Both the position numbers and the translations under genes were made by a program. The notes under the pieces are model-generated. The model searched no databases and was not told the DNA's origin. It was given only the letters and a program-made list of their open reading frames with translations. Below are positions 47,168 to 56,525 of a DNA stretch of 64,000 nt, in pieces. Numbering within the stretch: position 1 is the first letter of the stretch; each line of letters starts with the position of its first letter. The stretch is from Candidatus Poribacteria bacterium. Lineage in GTDB: Bacteria; Poribacteria; WGA-4E; JAJDTR01. Where the stretch lies: NCBI GenBank assembly GCA_965232535.1, contig CBDDPW010000023.1:736798-800797 (forward strand), written 5' to 3'.

Positions 47168-47929
47168 ATGGCGGAACTCGCCGATATAGAAAATGAATTC
47201 ATTCGCGACGAGATTGAAGAGTTTATTGAGCGACCTGATGAAATAGCACGGACGATTGAGACGTTTACCAATGCTGCTCCCGAGATGCAGACAATCGCCG
47301 CCGCGCTTATTGACGGAGACAATGATGCGGTGGACGAATTGACCAAAGAAGCCTTGGCTTCCGGGACTGAAGCGCTCGAGATTATGGACGACGGACTCAT
47401 CTCCGGCATGGGCGTTGTTGGAATTAAATTTCGAGAAAACTTCATCTTTGTGCCGGAGGTACTTGCCTGTGCACGCGCAATGAAGGCAGGTATGGCATAC
47501 ATTGAGCCGATACTGTCAGCTTCCGGGGTAGAGCCCATCGGAACGGTGATCATGGGGACCGTGAAGGGCGATCTGCACGATATCGGCAAGAATCTTTGCA
47601 TCATGATGTTACGCGGCGCCGGATTCGTTGTCCATGACTTAGGTGTGGATACTTCGGACGATGAGTTCATTGAGGCTGTTGAGGAGCACGATGCGAAGGT
47701 ATTGGGAATGTCTGCTCTATTGACGACCACTATGCCGAACATGGGAAAAACAATCGACGCTTTCATTGACGAGGATCTTCGCGAGGACGTTAAAATTATG
47801 GTGGGTGGAGCGCCGGTGACGCAGGAGTTTGCCGATGATATGGGCGCCGACGGGTACGGGAAGGATGCCCTTGCCTGTGTCGCATTGGCAAAGAAGTTCG
47901 CCGAAGATGAGGATGAGGAAGAGTTCTAA
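47168..47929 (+). CDS. Corrinoid (B12-binding) protein of a methyltransferase system
   Basis: DxHxxG motif in GDLHDIGKNLCIMMLRGAGFVVHDLGVD, a B12-binding cap helix region upstream, and an acidic C-terminus. Start at MAELADIE (GGAG upstream). Confidence 0.85.
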   Translation: MAELADIENEFIRDEIEEFIERPDEIARTIETFTNAAPEMQTIAAALIDGDNDAVDELTKEALASGTEALEIMDDGLISGMGVVGIKFRENFIFVPEVLACARAMKAGMAYIEPILSASGVEPIGTVIMGTVKGDLHDIGKNLCIMMLRGAGFVVHDLGVDTSDDEFIEAVEEHDAKVLGMSALLTTTMPNMGKTIDAFIDEDLREDVKIMVGGAPVTQEFADDMGADGYGKDALACVALAKKFAEDEDEEEF

Positions 47930-47947
47930 AATTCGTGACAACTCAGA

Positions 47948-49849
47948 ATGCAGAAAATCAAAAAAGAAGAATACCAGAAACGACTCGACAGCATCACCCA
48001 ACTGTTTGAGGACATAGTATTGCATGCGGATGAGCAATCCACGTATCGATGTCCTTACAAGAATCGTTTTGATCAATGTACGGCAAAATTCGGATGTCGC
48101 AATCAACGCAAGCCACCGGCTAAAGGTGATTTACTTCTCTGTGGTGGGGATGACCGCATAGATTATCGAACTGCTTGGGAATCGGAATCGGTAGATGGCG
48201 CTCTTCTTGAGGACATTGAGTACGGAATGGGTACAATAGAACATGATGGAAAAGCCCGGAAATTGTCTGCCGGGAAAACCATCTTCGATTATGCTGATGA
48301 ACTTGCTGTCCAAGTCCCAACTTCCTGTTTTCGGACCGGACAATGCCATGAGTGTATTGTTGAGGTTAAATCGGGCATGGAGGCGTTACGCCCTCGAAAT
48401 GAGGTAGAGTCGTTTCTACGAGAAGACCATCGTCTCGCTTGTCAGGCGGTCGTTCAGGATCCTGACGTTGATATTGTATTCTCTCCATTGAGGCGCACTC
48501 CCAAGATTCTCACCCTGACACATGAAAAACCGACAGAGCTTGATCCGTTAGTCGTCCGCCGGGGCGATAGTGTTTATTATAACGGTGAGTACATTGACAA
48601 GTATCGGGGCCACCTCTACGGTTTGGCGATCGATCTCGGCACGACCACGATCGTCATCGATTTGGTTGATTTGGAGACCGGAAAGAGCGTTTGCGTCAGT
48701 TCGCTTGAGAACCCGCAGCGGTTTGGCGGGAGCGATGTGATGCATCGAATCTCGTACGATGCAGAATTTGGCGGGGAGTTACGCAAGGCGGTCATCAACG
48801 CGCTAAATCACGAGATTGTGGAGATGGGGGAGCGCCTCGGTTTTGTTCGTCAGGAAATCTATGAGATTGTCTTGGTGGGCAATTCAACCATGCGCGACAT
48901 CTTCTTCAAGCTTGATGTGCAGAGTATCGGTCAAAAACCTTATAAGTCCACAATCGAACACGATTATCTGGAAGGTAAGCGCGAGACGACTTCGCTCCTT
49001 GAGAAAACAAGGCGTTTGGGGATTCGCGCAAATCCAAAAGCAGTTGTTTACGGTTTGCCCCTAATTGCAAGCCATGTTGGTGCGGATGTTGCCGCAGATC
49101 TGGTGGCAATTGATATCACCTCGAAAGACGAGATAGTAATGCTCGTGGACGTTGGCACCAACACCGAAGTGGTTGTGGGGCACGCAGGCCGGTTGGTGGC
49201 AGCTTCCTGCCCGGCAGGTCCCGCTTTTGAGGGTGGCGGGATTGAATACGGCATGCCTGGATACGATGGCGCCATTGAATCAATTCATTTGAACAACGGT
49301 CAGACTGAATACCAGACTATAGGCGATATCGATCCTCAAGGCATCTGCGGGTCCGGCTTAATTGATTTGCTTGCAGAGCTCCGTAACCACGAATTGATGA
49401 CGCCCATGGGCGTTTTCACGGAAAAGAAACAGCGCAAGATAGCAATAATTCCCGAACATGGAATCACTTTCTCACGTGATGATGCCAGCAATCTTGCCCA
49501 AGCGAAAGCCGCAAATTATTGCGGTCAATTCATCGTAATGCGAGAATTCGGTGTTAATCCGGCGGATGTGAAGAACCTATATTTGGCTGGCGGGTTTGCC
49601 AACTATGTTGATCCGCGCAATGCAATCGACATCGGTTTCTTGGCGCCTGTTGCCGGCGAGCGTATTGTCAAGATTGGCAACGCGGCGGTACAAGGGGCGA
49701 GGGAGGTGTTGCTGTCGCGCGGGAAACGTGAATCAATCGAGGAGTTGGTCAAAAAGATTGAACACGTCGAATTGGAAACGACGCCGGATTTCTTCGAAGT
49801 TTTCGTCGAGGGGTGCCAGTTCAAACCGATGCCAGCCGAATTTGTGTGA
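47948..49849 (+). CDS. Corrinoid reductive activase (RACo / ASKHA-ATPase, DUF4445 type) with a 2Fe-2S ferredoxin-like domain
   Basis: Cys pattern SCFRTGQCHECIVEV...LACQA (C-x5-C-x2-C...C). ASKHA segment YGLAIDLGTTTIVIDL and ...VDVGTNTEVV. 633 aa, with an ~90-aa Cys-containing N-terminal extension if the annotated start is right. Confidence 0.75.
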   Translation: MQKIKKEEYQKRLDSITQLFEDIVLHADEQSTYRCPYKNRFDQCTAKFGCRNQRKPPAKGDLLLCGGDDRIDYRTAWESESVDGALLEDIEYGMGTIEHDGKARKLSAGKTIFDYADELAVQVPTSCFRTGQCHECIVEVKSGMEALRPRNEVESFLREDHRLACQAVVQDPDVDIVFSPLRRTPKILTLTHEKPTELDPLVVRRGDSVYYNGEYIDKYRGHLYGLAIDLGTTTIVIDLVDLETGKSVCVSSLENPQRFGGSDVMHRISYDAEFGGELRKAVINALNHEIVEMGERLGFVRQEIYEIVLVGNSTMRDIFFKLDVQSIGQKPYKSTIEHDYLEGKRETTSLLEKTRRLGIRANPKAVVYGLPLIASHVGADVAADLVAIDITSKDEIVMLVDVGTNTEVVVGHAGRLVAASCPAGPAFEGGGIEYGMPGYDGAIESIHLNNGQTEYQTIGDIDPQGICGSGLIDLLAELRNHELMTPMGVFTEKKQRKIAIIPEHGITFSRDDASNLAQAKAANYCGQFIVMREFGVNPADVKNLYLAGGFANYVDPRNAIDIGFLAPVAGERIVKIGNAAVQGAREVLLSRGKRESIEELVKKIEHVELETTPDFFEVFVEGCQFKPMPAEFV

Positions 49850-49871
49850 GTGTCGTACGGGGTCATAACGG

Positions 49872-51473
49872 ATGAATACCGCCTACGCTCAGTCCGGTCA
49901 ACAGGCAGGTGCATGGCAAAAGCGTCCACTGCGCCAATTGCTTGAAGGAACAGATACGTTTGTTACCTGCATTGAGTTGGTGACCTCGCGCGGTGTAATC
50001 ACCGAGCGCAATGGCAGACGCGTACTCGATTTGGCTAGGAAACTCACCGAACACCCGCGCATACACGCCCTAAGCATTACCGACAATCCTGGCGGAAATG
50101 CCATGCTCAGTGCCGACACGCTAGGAACGGATCTCATCTCGCGAGGTCAGGAAGTCGTCATCCACCTTTCTTGCAAAGACTGGAATCGCAATGCTCTCCA
50201 GAGTCGTGGATGGCAGCTCGCCAGCGAAGGTTTCAACAATGTGCTCGCTTTGTCGGGTGACTATCCCAACGATGGCTACCAAGGTCAAGCGAGCCCGGTT
50301 TTTGACACCGATTCGGTCGGTCTGCTCAGAATGTTCTCGGATATGAACGACGGGATGAGCATTGCGGCAGGGAAAAAAGAGGAAATACTAAAACGCACCA
50401 ACTTCTATCTCGGCGCTGTAGTTAACAACCACAAACGCCATGAACGCGAGGTGATGCCCCAGTATTTTAAGCTTGCTAAAAAGGTGGAGAACGGCGCGAC
50501 GTTTATCATCAATCAAATTGGCTACGACTCCCGTAAGCAGGATGAACTGTTAAAATATATGTCCATGCACGGCATCAATGTGCCAGTGCTTGGAAACGTC
50601 TATGTGTTGAGTCGAGCGGCGGCGCGGTACTTTAACGCAGGGAAAATTCCGGGGGTCACCGTAACCGACGACTTGCTGCGGCTGGTTGAAAAGCAAGCAA
50701 AATCGCGTGACAAGGGTAAATCCTTTTTCTTGAACTTTGCGGCGAAACAGTGTGCGGTTGCGAAGGGATTGGGCTATCGCGGAGTCTATCTCGGGGGGCA
50801 TCTGCGGTACAAGGATTATGAGAAAATTCTGCAGATAACCGATGAATTTGGCGCCGATGACTGGAAGGAGTTCGTGAAGGAAATCTGTTTCGGTTACGCC
50901 GACGAATTCTACTTCTTCGAACCGGCGCCGGATACGGGTCTCAGTTCAACCGAAGTAAACCGAAGCTACCTCTTTTCAAAACGGCCCGACGCCTTACAAG
51001 CGACAAGGCGAGATCTGTCATTGGGCTACAAGGTAAACAGGAGTTTGCACGGAGCAGCATTTGAAGAAGGAACGCTAGGCTTCAAGGCCGGACAGAAACT
51101 TTTTCGGGCGGTTGACAATGCCGGCGTTCCCGTGCAAAAAGCCGTGCATGGAGCCGAACACGCCATTAAAGCAGTAATGTTCGATTGCCGTGATTGTGGC
51201 GACTGTTCGTTGCCGGAAATCGCTTTTCTCTGCCCTGAATCTCAATGCGTGAAGAACCAGCGCAATGGCCCCTGCGGCGGCACACGCCAAGGAAAATGTG
51301 AAATTGGCGAAAAGGATTGCATTTGGGGACGAGCCTACGAGAGGCTCAAAGCATACGGTGAAGAGGAAAGCATGATGGACGGCCCGACAATCTTCAAGAA
51401 CGGCATGTTGAAAGGTACAAGCGCGTGGGCAAACACGTTTTTGGGTCGAGATCATCACGCGCGCAAGAAATGA
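49872..51473 (+). CDS. metF: Methylenetetrahydrofolate reductase fused to a MetV-like Cys-rich C-terminal domain
   Basis: MetF-like barrel (HALSITDNPGGNAMLSADTLG..., LALSGDYP) plus C-terminal CRDCGDCSLPEIAFLCPESQCVKNQRNGPCGG (MTHFR_C-type zinc-ribbon pattern). Confidence 0.75.
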   Translation: MNTAYAQSGQQAGAWQKRPLRQLLEGTDTFVTCIELVTSRGVITERNGRRVLDLARKLTEHPRIHALSITDNPGGNAMLSADTLGTDLISRGQEVVIHLSCKDWNRNALQSRGWQLASEGFNNVLALSGDYPNDGYQGQASPVFDTDSVGLLRMFSDMNDGMSIAAGKKEEILKRTNFYLGAVVNNHKRHEREVMPQYFKLAKKVENGATFIINQIGYDSRKQDELLKYMSMHGINVPVLGNVYVLSRAAARYFNAGKIPGVTVTDDLLRLVEKQAKSRDKGKSFFLNFAAKQCAVAKGLGYRGVYLGGHLRYKDYEKILQITDEFGADDWKEFVKEICFGYADEFYFFEPAPDTGLSSTEVNRSYLFSKRPDALQATRRDLSLGYKVNRSLHGAAFEEGTLGFKAGQKLFRAVDNAGVPVQKAVHGAEHAIKAVMFDCRDCGDCSLPEIAFLCPESQCVKNQRNGPCGGTRQGKCEIGEKDCIWGRAYERLKAYGEEESMMDGPTIFKNGMLKGTSAWANTFLGRDHHARKK

Positions 51474-51555
51474 GATGACGGTTCATTGCGCGCTCACACA
51501 AGTTGGTCCTAATGCAAACCTAATGTCTATCGTAACGATCCATATCTAATTCATC

Positions 51556-52590
51556 ATGAAGCTAAACGGCAGAGAATTCATTATCATCGGTGAAAATGTT
51601 CATACCACCCGCGTGGTGCTGCGAAAGGGCAAGCTGGTCACCAACAACCCTGACGGTGTTGAATCCGTTCGTTATCTTGACGCCGGAAAAAAGCGGCGCT
51701 ATTTGACCATTCCCGAGGATGTAAAAAAGACCCAAGATTATGAAGAGGGGCGGGTCAAACACGTAAAGATTGCGGTTCAAGCCGCGATGAACGGCAAAGG
51801 TGCTGAAGCATCTGAAGGACTGAACTACGTACACCGATTGGTTCAACGCCAAGTTGACGCCGGCGCAGATTTCATAGACTTGAATGTTGATGAAGTTTCT
51901 CTGCGTCCTCTGGAACAGAAAGAGGCGATGCAGTGGCTGGTGCGAACCGTGGAAGAGATGTGTCCCATCCCTCTTTCCGTGGATTCATCTAACGTCGAAA
52001 CGATTCAGGCGGGGTTGGAATCTGGCGACGGGAGAGCTGGCAGAATGTTGCTGAACTCTGCGTCTTTGGAACGACTTGAGGCGCTGGATCTCGCGAAACT
52101 GAATGACTCGCAGGTGATTGTGACGGCAGCGGGGGAATCCGGCATGCCGCAAGATGATGCTGAACGAATCGCCAACGCTTCTCAAATGGTGGACGCCGCC
52201 TTAGATAGAGGCATCTCGATTGAAGACATATTCATTGATGTTCTCATATTTCCAATCTCGGTTGACAGTGCGTTCGGTGTCCATGCCTTTGACACAATTC
52301 ACCAACTCCGCGCAAAGTATGGTCCCGATATTCACATTACCGGCGGCTTTAGTAATGTATCCTTCGGCTTACCGTGTCGCCGCATCGTCAATGATGCTTT
52401 TATGTGCTTGGCGATTGACGCCGGTGCGGACAGCGGAATCATCGATCCGATCACGAGCCGACCGTCCAAGGTATTCTCCGTTGATAGGGGATCGCGAGCG
52501 TATCAGCTCGCTGAAGATATGCTGCTTGGGCGCGATCGATTTTGCAAAAAATTCTTGCGGGCTTACCGCAAAGGGGAATTGGAAGTCTAG
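51556..52590 (+). CDS. Pterin-binding methyltransferase (methyl-THF:corrinoid methyltransferase, MeTr/MtgA-like)
   Basis: IIIGENVHTTR, VDAGADFIDLNVD, PLSVDSS and FSNVSFGLP fit the dihydropteroate-synthase-like pterin-binding fold of corrinoid methyltransferases. Confidence 0.7.
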   Translation: MKLNGREFIIIGENVHTTRVVLRKGKLVTNNPDGVESVRYLDAGKKRRYLTIPEDVKKTQDYEEGRVKHVKIAVQAAMNGKGAEASEGLNYVHRLVQRQVDAGADFIDLNVDEVSLRPLEQKEAMQWLVRTVEEMCPIPLSVDSSNVETIQAGLESGDGRAGRMLLNSASLERLEALDLAKLNDSQVIVTAAGESGMPQDDAERIANASQMVDAALDRGISIEDIFIDVLIFPISVDSAFGVHAFDTIHQLRAKYGPDIHITGGFSNVSFGLPCRRIVNDAFMCLAIDAGADSGIIDPITSRPSKVFSVDRGSRAYQLAEDMLLGRDRFCKKFLRAYRKGELEV

Positions 52591-52596
52591 CTGGAG

Positions 52597-52875
52597 ATGG
52601 CGACATACCAGATACTTTACTGGAAGCATATTCCGGCTCAAGTCAGAGCCTTTGATGGGAAAAAACCGATTTCGCTGCCCATGCCCGATCGATTTCAGAC
52701 GGACATTGATCGAACCGCTATGAAGGAGGGCTTGACCGGAACCGACGAGTATCTCGACCAATGGCAGTGGACGGAAAAACGCCAGCGACAGGGTGATGCC
52801 CGCGACGTTCTGCTGGAACTCGTGAAGGAACTGCAAGCGGAATACGACAACAATGCTCTCAAAGACGGACCGTGA
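52597..52875 (+). CDS. Small conserved protein (92 aa), probably the 'virulence factor'-named Pfam domain that co-occurs with pterin-binding and B12-binding modules
   Basis: MATYQILYWKHIPAQVRAFDG... GGAG Shine-Dalgarno sequence. Starts 6 nt after the upstream stop. The family assignment is from memory only. Confidence 0.5.
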   Translation: MATYQILYWKHIPAQVRAFDGKKPISLPMPDRFQTDIDRTAMKEGLTGTDEYLDQWQWTEKRQRQGDARDVLLELVKELQAEYDNNALKDGP

Positions 52876-52947
52876 ACGATAATGCGGAGCTAACAGTCTA
52901 CAGACATGTCCCAGCCGCTCAGAATCCAATTCAGCGAGCAAGCGACG

Positions 52948-53209
52948 CTCGACTTTGTACATTTGTAGTTCGTAGGGTGGGCACTCCCCACCATTTCTTA
53001 TAAGATGCGCACTGCGCACCAGCCTTTGAGAGCGCCAGCGGCGCGAAAGGTGTGTAGCAAAACCAAGCCATCCTACACCAAAGCCCCAGCGTGGGATCAA
53101 CTGAGCGGATAGATCAAGCGAGCGAATAGCGAGTGCGATAGAAATCTTAAAGGTTGGAGGTTTATAGAAATCGGGGGCGACTTCTCCCGATGTATCGGAT
53201 TGAGTGAAA
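52948..53209. repeat. Mosaic intergenic repeat, copy 1 (262 bp)
   Basis: Direct repeat of 53256-53510: about 12 substitutions plus one 7-nt indel by hand alignment. A central ~110 nt is identical. Confidence 0.9.
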
Positions 53210-53255
53210 CACGAATTCTAGTCTGCAGGCAATACTTTTTCACAGGTCAACCAAA

Positions 53256-53510
53256 CTCGACTTTGTACGGTCGTAGGGTGGGCACTGCCCACCATTTCTT
53301 TTGAGATGCGCACTGCGCACCAGCCTTTGAGAGCGCCAGCGGCGCGAAAGGTGTGTAGCAAAACCAAGCCATCCTACACCAAAGCCCCAGCGTGGGATCA
53401 ACTGAGCGGATAGATCGAGCGAGCGAATAGCGAGTGCGATAGAGATCCTAAAGGTTGAAAGTTTTTAGAAATCGCCGGCGACTTCTCCCGATGTATCGGA
53501 TTGGGTGAAA
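53256..53510. repeat. Mosaic intergenic repeat, copy 2 (255 bp)
   Basis: See copy 1. Contains palindromes ggtgggcaCtgcccacc and gcgcaCtgcgc, hairpin gcgccAGCggcgc, cccaGCGtggg and cgccggcg. Confidence 0.9.
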
Positions 53511-53557
53511 GTTGCAATGACTATAAGAATTGATATAAATCAGGGAAACTGCCGATT

Positions 53558-54625
53558 ATGGATACTACGATTCAATCCATTCTGGAGAGAGCGTTAGCCG
53601 GTGAACGCTTAGACTTTGACGATGGTCTAACCCTCTTCAAAAGCACCGACCTAATCTCAATTGGAAGCGTGGCTGACGTTATTCGTCAACGCAAACACCC
53701 GGACGGCGTAATCACCTATGTAGTGGATCGAAACATAAACTACACAAATTGGTGTTACGTGGATTGCGATTTCTGCGCCTTCTATCGGCATAAGAATGAC
53801 CCTGATGCTTATGTCATGGAACGAGAGGAGTTGGGGCAGAAGATTCAAGAGACAATCGATTTGGGTGGTGTGCTTATCCTCATGCAAGGTGGCTTGCATC
53901 CCAAACTGAAACTAGATTGGTACGAAGACCTTCTTCGCTGGATTAAAGAAAACTATGAGATTCACATCCACGGGTTCTCCCCCCCGGAACTTGATTGGTT
54001 CGCAAAAATCAACCGAATCAGCCTTAAGGAAACATTGACGCGGCTACGGGATGCGGGGCTAGATTCGATACCTGGCGGAGGCGCAGAAATTCTTACCGAT
54101 CACGCTCGAGATGAAATCAGTCCCAAGAAGTGCACAGCGGATGAATGGCTGGAAGTCATGCGGCAAGGGCATTATGTAGGCTTGAAGTCAAGTGCGACGA
54201 TGATGTACGGGCATGTCGAAAGTTACGGCGAACGCGTGGAACACCTCATTAGCCTGCGTGAGTTACAAGACGAGACCGGTGGATTCACTGCGTTCATCTG
54301 CTGGTCGCTGCAACCCAACAACACGCGAATGGACTATATTCCCCCGGCTGGCAGTTTCGAGTATCTCAAAACTTTGGCGGTATCCCGACTCATGCTCGAC
54401 AACTTTGATAATTTTCAGTCTTCATGGGTGACCCAAGGACCTAAAATCGGTCAATTGTCGCTTAAGTTTGGCGCGAACGACATGGGAGGAACGATGATCG
54501 AAGAGAATGTAGTGAGTAAGGCGGGAACTGTCTACTGCATGCCCATTGAGGAGATTGAACGGACAATCACCGAGTTGGGATTGATGCCGAAGCGGCGAAA
54601 TTTCTTTTATGAATTGCTTAATTGA
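53558..54625 (+). CDS. Radical SAM enzyme of the futalosine menaquinone pathway (MqnC/MqnE family)
   Basis: NINYTNWCYVDCDFCAFYR (CxxxCxxC), GLDSIPGGGAEIL and ATMMYGHVES...LRELQDETGGFTAFI. I cannot separate MqnC from MqnE by eye. Confidence 0.8.
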   Translation: MDTTIQSILERALAGERLDFDDGLTLFKSTDLISIGSVADVIRQRKHPDGVITYVVDRNINYTNWCYVDCDFCAFYRHKNDPDAYVMEREELGQKIQETIDLGGVLILMQGGLHPKLKLDWYEDLLRWIKENYEIHIHGFSPPELDWFAKINRISLKETLTRLRDAGLDSIPGGGAEILTDHARDEISPKKCTADEWLEVMRQGHYVGLKSSATMMYGHVESYGERVEHLISLRELQDETGGFTAFICWSLQPNNTRMDYIPPAGSFEYLKTLAVSRLMLDNFDNFQSSWVTQGPKIGQLSLKFGANDMGGTMIEENVVSKAGTVYCMPIEEIERTITELGLMPKRRNFFYELLN

Positions 54626-54684
54626 GGTTTACAGGACAATATTGGAATCTGAGTTTTACATAATAAATTGTATCTGGAGGATTT

Positions 54685-55581
54685 ATGACGCAAAGTGTCG
54701 TTACAGAAACAAACCTGACCAGCGTGCCGCTCTTTAACAAAGGAAAAGTGCGGGATCTCTACGATCTTGATGACAAACTTCTGATGATTTCAACGGATCG
54801 GATTTCGGCGTTTGATTACGTCCTTCCGGATGGCATCCCGTGTAAAGGCAATGTTCTCACCGCATTGTCAGAGTTTTGGTTCGATTACACGAATTCAATC
54901 GTGGACAACCACCTTATAACTACAGATGTCGGAGCGTATCCTGACGAATTGAAACCGCATGCTGACGTGATTGAGGGAAGATCGATGTTGGTGCGCAAAG
55001 CTGATAGAATTGACATCGAATGTGTGGTGCGGGGTTACATCACCGGATCAGCGTGGTCGGAATACAAGGTAGATGGCACGGTTTGCGGCGAAAAATTGCC
55101 GGAAGGCTTGCGTGAATCCGATCGTCTGCCTCAGCTAATCTTTACGCCTGCCACGAAGGCAGAGCAGGGGGAGCATGACGAGAATATCTCGATTGCGCGG
55201 ATGGAGGAGTTAATCGGAAAAGACTTGTCAGAGCGAATAATTGAGGTCAGTTTCGCACTTTTCGAATCCGCGAGCCAACACGCGGAGAAGGTTGGGATTA
55301 TCCTTTGCGATACGAAGTTTGAGTTTGGACTGCTTGATGACAACTTGATTCTTATCGACGAGGTGTTTACACCCGACTCCTCCCGATTCTGGCCCAAGGA
55401 CGAATACGAACCGGGCAAGTCTCAAAGTAGTTTTGACAAACAGTTTGTGCGAGATTACCTCTCGGAAGTCGGTTGGAACAAACAGCCGCCTGCTCCCCAC
55501 TTGCCTGAGCACGTGATTCATAGGACTAGCGAGAAATACTTAGAGGCTTACCGATTGATTGTTGGGCAGGAATTGACGTAG
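54685..55581 (+). CDS. purC: Phosphoribosylaminoimidazole-succinocarboxamide (SAICAR) synthase
   Basis: GKVRDLYDLDDKLLMISTDRISAFDYVLP, FTPATKA and LCDTKFEFG. GGAGG Shine-Dalgarno sequence. Confidence 0.92.
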   Translation: MTQSVVTETNLTSVPLFNKGKVRDLYDLDDKLLMISTDRISAFDYVLPDGIPCKGNVLTALSEFWFDYTNSIVDNHLITTDVGAYPDELKPHADVIEGRSMLVRKADRIDIECVVRGYITGSAWSEYKVDGTVCGEKLPEGLRESDRLPQLIFTPATKAEQGEHDENISIARMEELIGKDLSERIIEVSFALFESASQHAEKVGIILCDTKFEFGLLDDNLILIDEVFTPDSSRFWPKDEYEPGKSQSSFDKQFVRDYLSEVGWNKQPPAPHLPEHVIHRTSEKYLEAYRLIVGQELT

Positions 55582-55605
55582 ATCCTGTTTGAAAAGTGCA
55601 GTTTG

Positions 55606-55733
55606 GGTGCGCACCGCGCACCAGCCTCTACTAGCCCTGGAGGGGATCAAAAGAGCGGATAGCGAGTGCGATAGAGATCTTGAAGGTGTGCAAAAATGTC
55701 GAAACCTCGTACACCTAAGCCCCAGCGGGGCGA
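55606..55733. repeat. Partial, rearranged third copy of the mosaic repeat
   Basis: Shares gcgcaccagcct, gatcaa..gagcggatagcgagtgcgatagagatct.gaaggt and acacc.aagccccagcg.gg with 52948-53510, but in a different module order. Starts with the 10-nt palindrome ggtgcgcacc. Confidence 0.7.
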
Positions 55734-55881
55734 CAGGTATATGGCAGGAAATCACGAAAGACGTGTCTTCAAATGACGAAAATGGCTTGACTACGGACTT
55801 TTCAAACAAGCTCTTAAGACAGCAAGGTGAGAGGACGACTGGGTTGCGCGGGATTAAGCAGTGTGATTTGCGTATCGGGAA

Positions 55882-56346
55882 TTACTCAACAAGAAACAGA
55901 TGACTACGCTCAAATAATTCGTCAATGTCAATTTCAACAATCCATTCGCCTTTCGGGAATCCGTTGGGTGGGCGTTCTATATAGAACCACGTAACCTGTT
56001 CGCCGGTCGATGAAGAGAACGTCTCTCGCTCCTCTCGGAAGGGCGGATCGTCCAATGCCCTGTCTGGAGAGAACCACAGAACATCAACAGAATGACGGCC
56101 CTCGACATTTGTCCAATAAATCCATAAAAAAATCCTATCACTCGTGTCGGAAAAGAAGACATCCGTGATACCATCTGGACGATCATCAATCACCGAAATT
56201 GCCAAAGCCGAGTCTAGGATTGCAGGTTCACCTCTAAATACATCGCTAGATCCGCTCCCGCCGGAACCTGTTTCATCACACCCACTGAAAATCATGGTGC
56301 CCCAAAGCAGGACGAGACCGATCGTCCAAACAACCGCCTTGTTCAT
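55882..56346 (-). CDS. Hypothetical lipoprotein
   Basis: MNKAVVWTIGLVLLWGTMIFSGC lipobox. AGGAG lies 7 nt upstream of the ATG at 56346. Confidence 0.6.
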   Translation of the reverse strand: MNKAVVWTIGLVLLWGTMIFSGCDETGSGGSGSSDVFRGEPAILDSALAISVIDDRPDGITDVFFSDTSDRIFLWIYWTNVEGRHSVDVLWFSPDRALDDPPFREERETFSSSTGEQVTWFYIERPPNGFPKGEWIVEIDIDELFERSHLFLVE

Positions 56347-56525
56347 TGTGTTTCTCCTCAAGTTTCTAGCGTAGTATAGTATTAATCATACCTAACCTGT
56401 CATCGCCTGTCAACCGAAAAAAGCAACTAACGGCCCCAAGACTATATTACGACGGTAGTCCTGGAGCCGAGTTCATCTTCCTCACCACCTGGTTATATTA
56501 CCGGCACAAGAAAGGATCTCTTAGT

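Noticed and set aside
47146-47766. 206-aa antisense ORF opposite the corrinoid-protein gene. Similar long antisense or overlapping ORFs occur at 8554-8949, 12876-13316, 13978-14361, 26537-26977 and 57680-58180.
   Set aside because: Each lies opposite or out of frame to a gene with clear family motifs. Their translations are low-complexity (Ser/Pro/Arg/Ala-rich). This is the usual shadow-ORF pattern in moderately GC-rich coding DNA.
52369-53100. 243-aa minus-strand ORF running through repeat copy 1 into the methyltransferase gene
   Set aside because: It overlaps two well-supported plus-strand genes. Its only unique part is the palindromic repeat, and the translation is Arg/Trp/Gly-rich nonsense.
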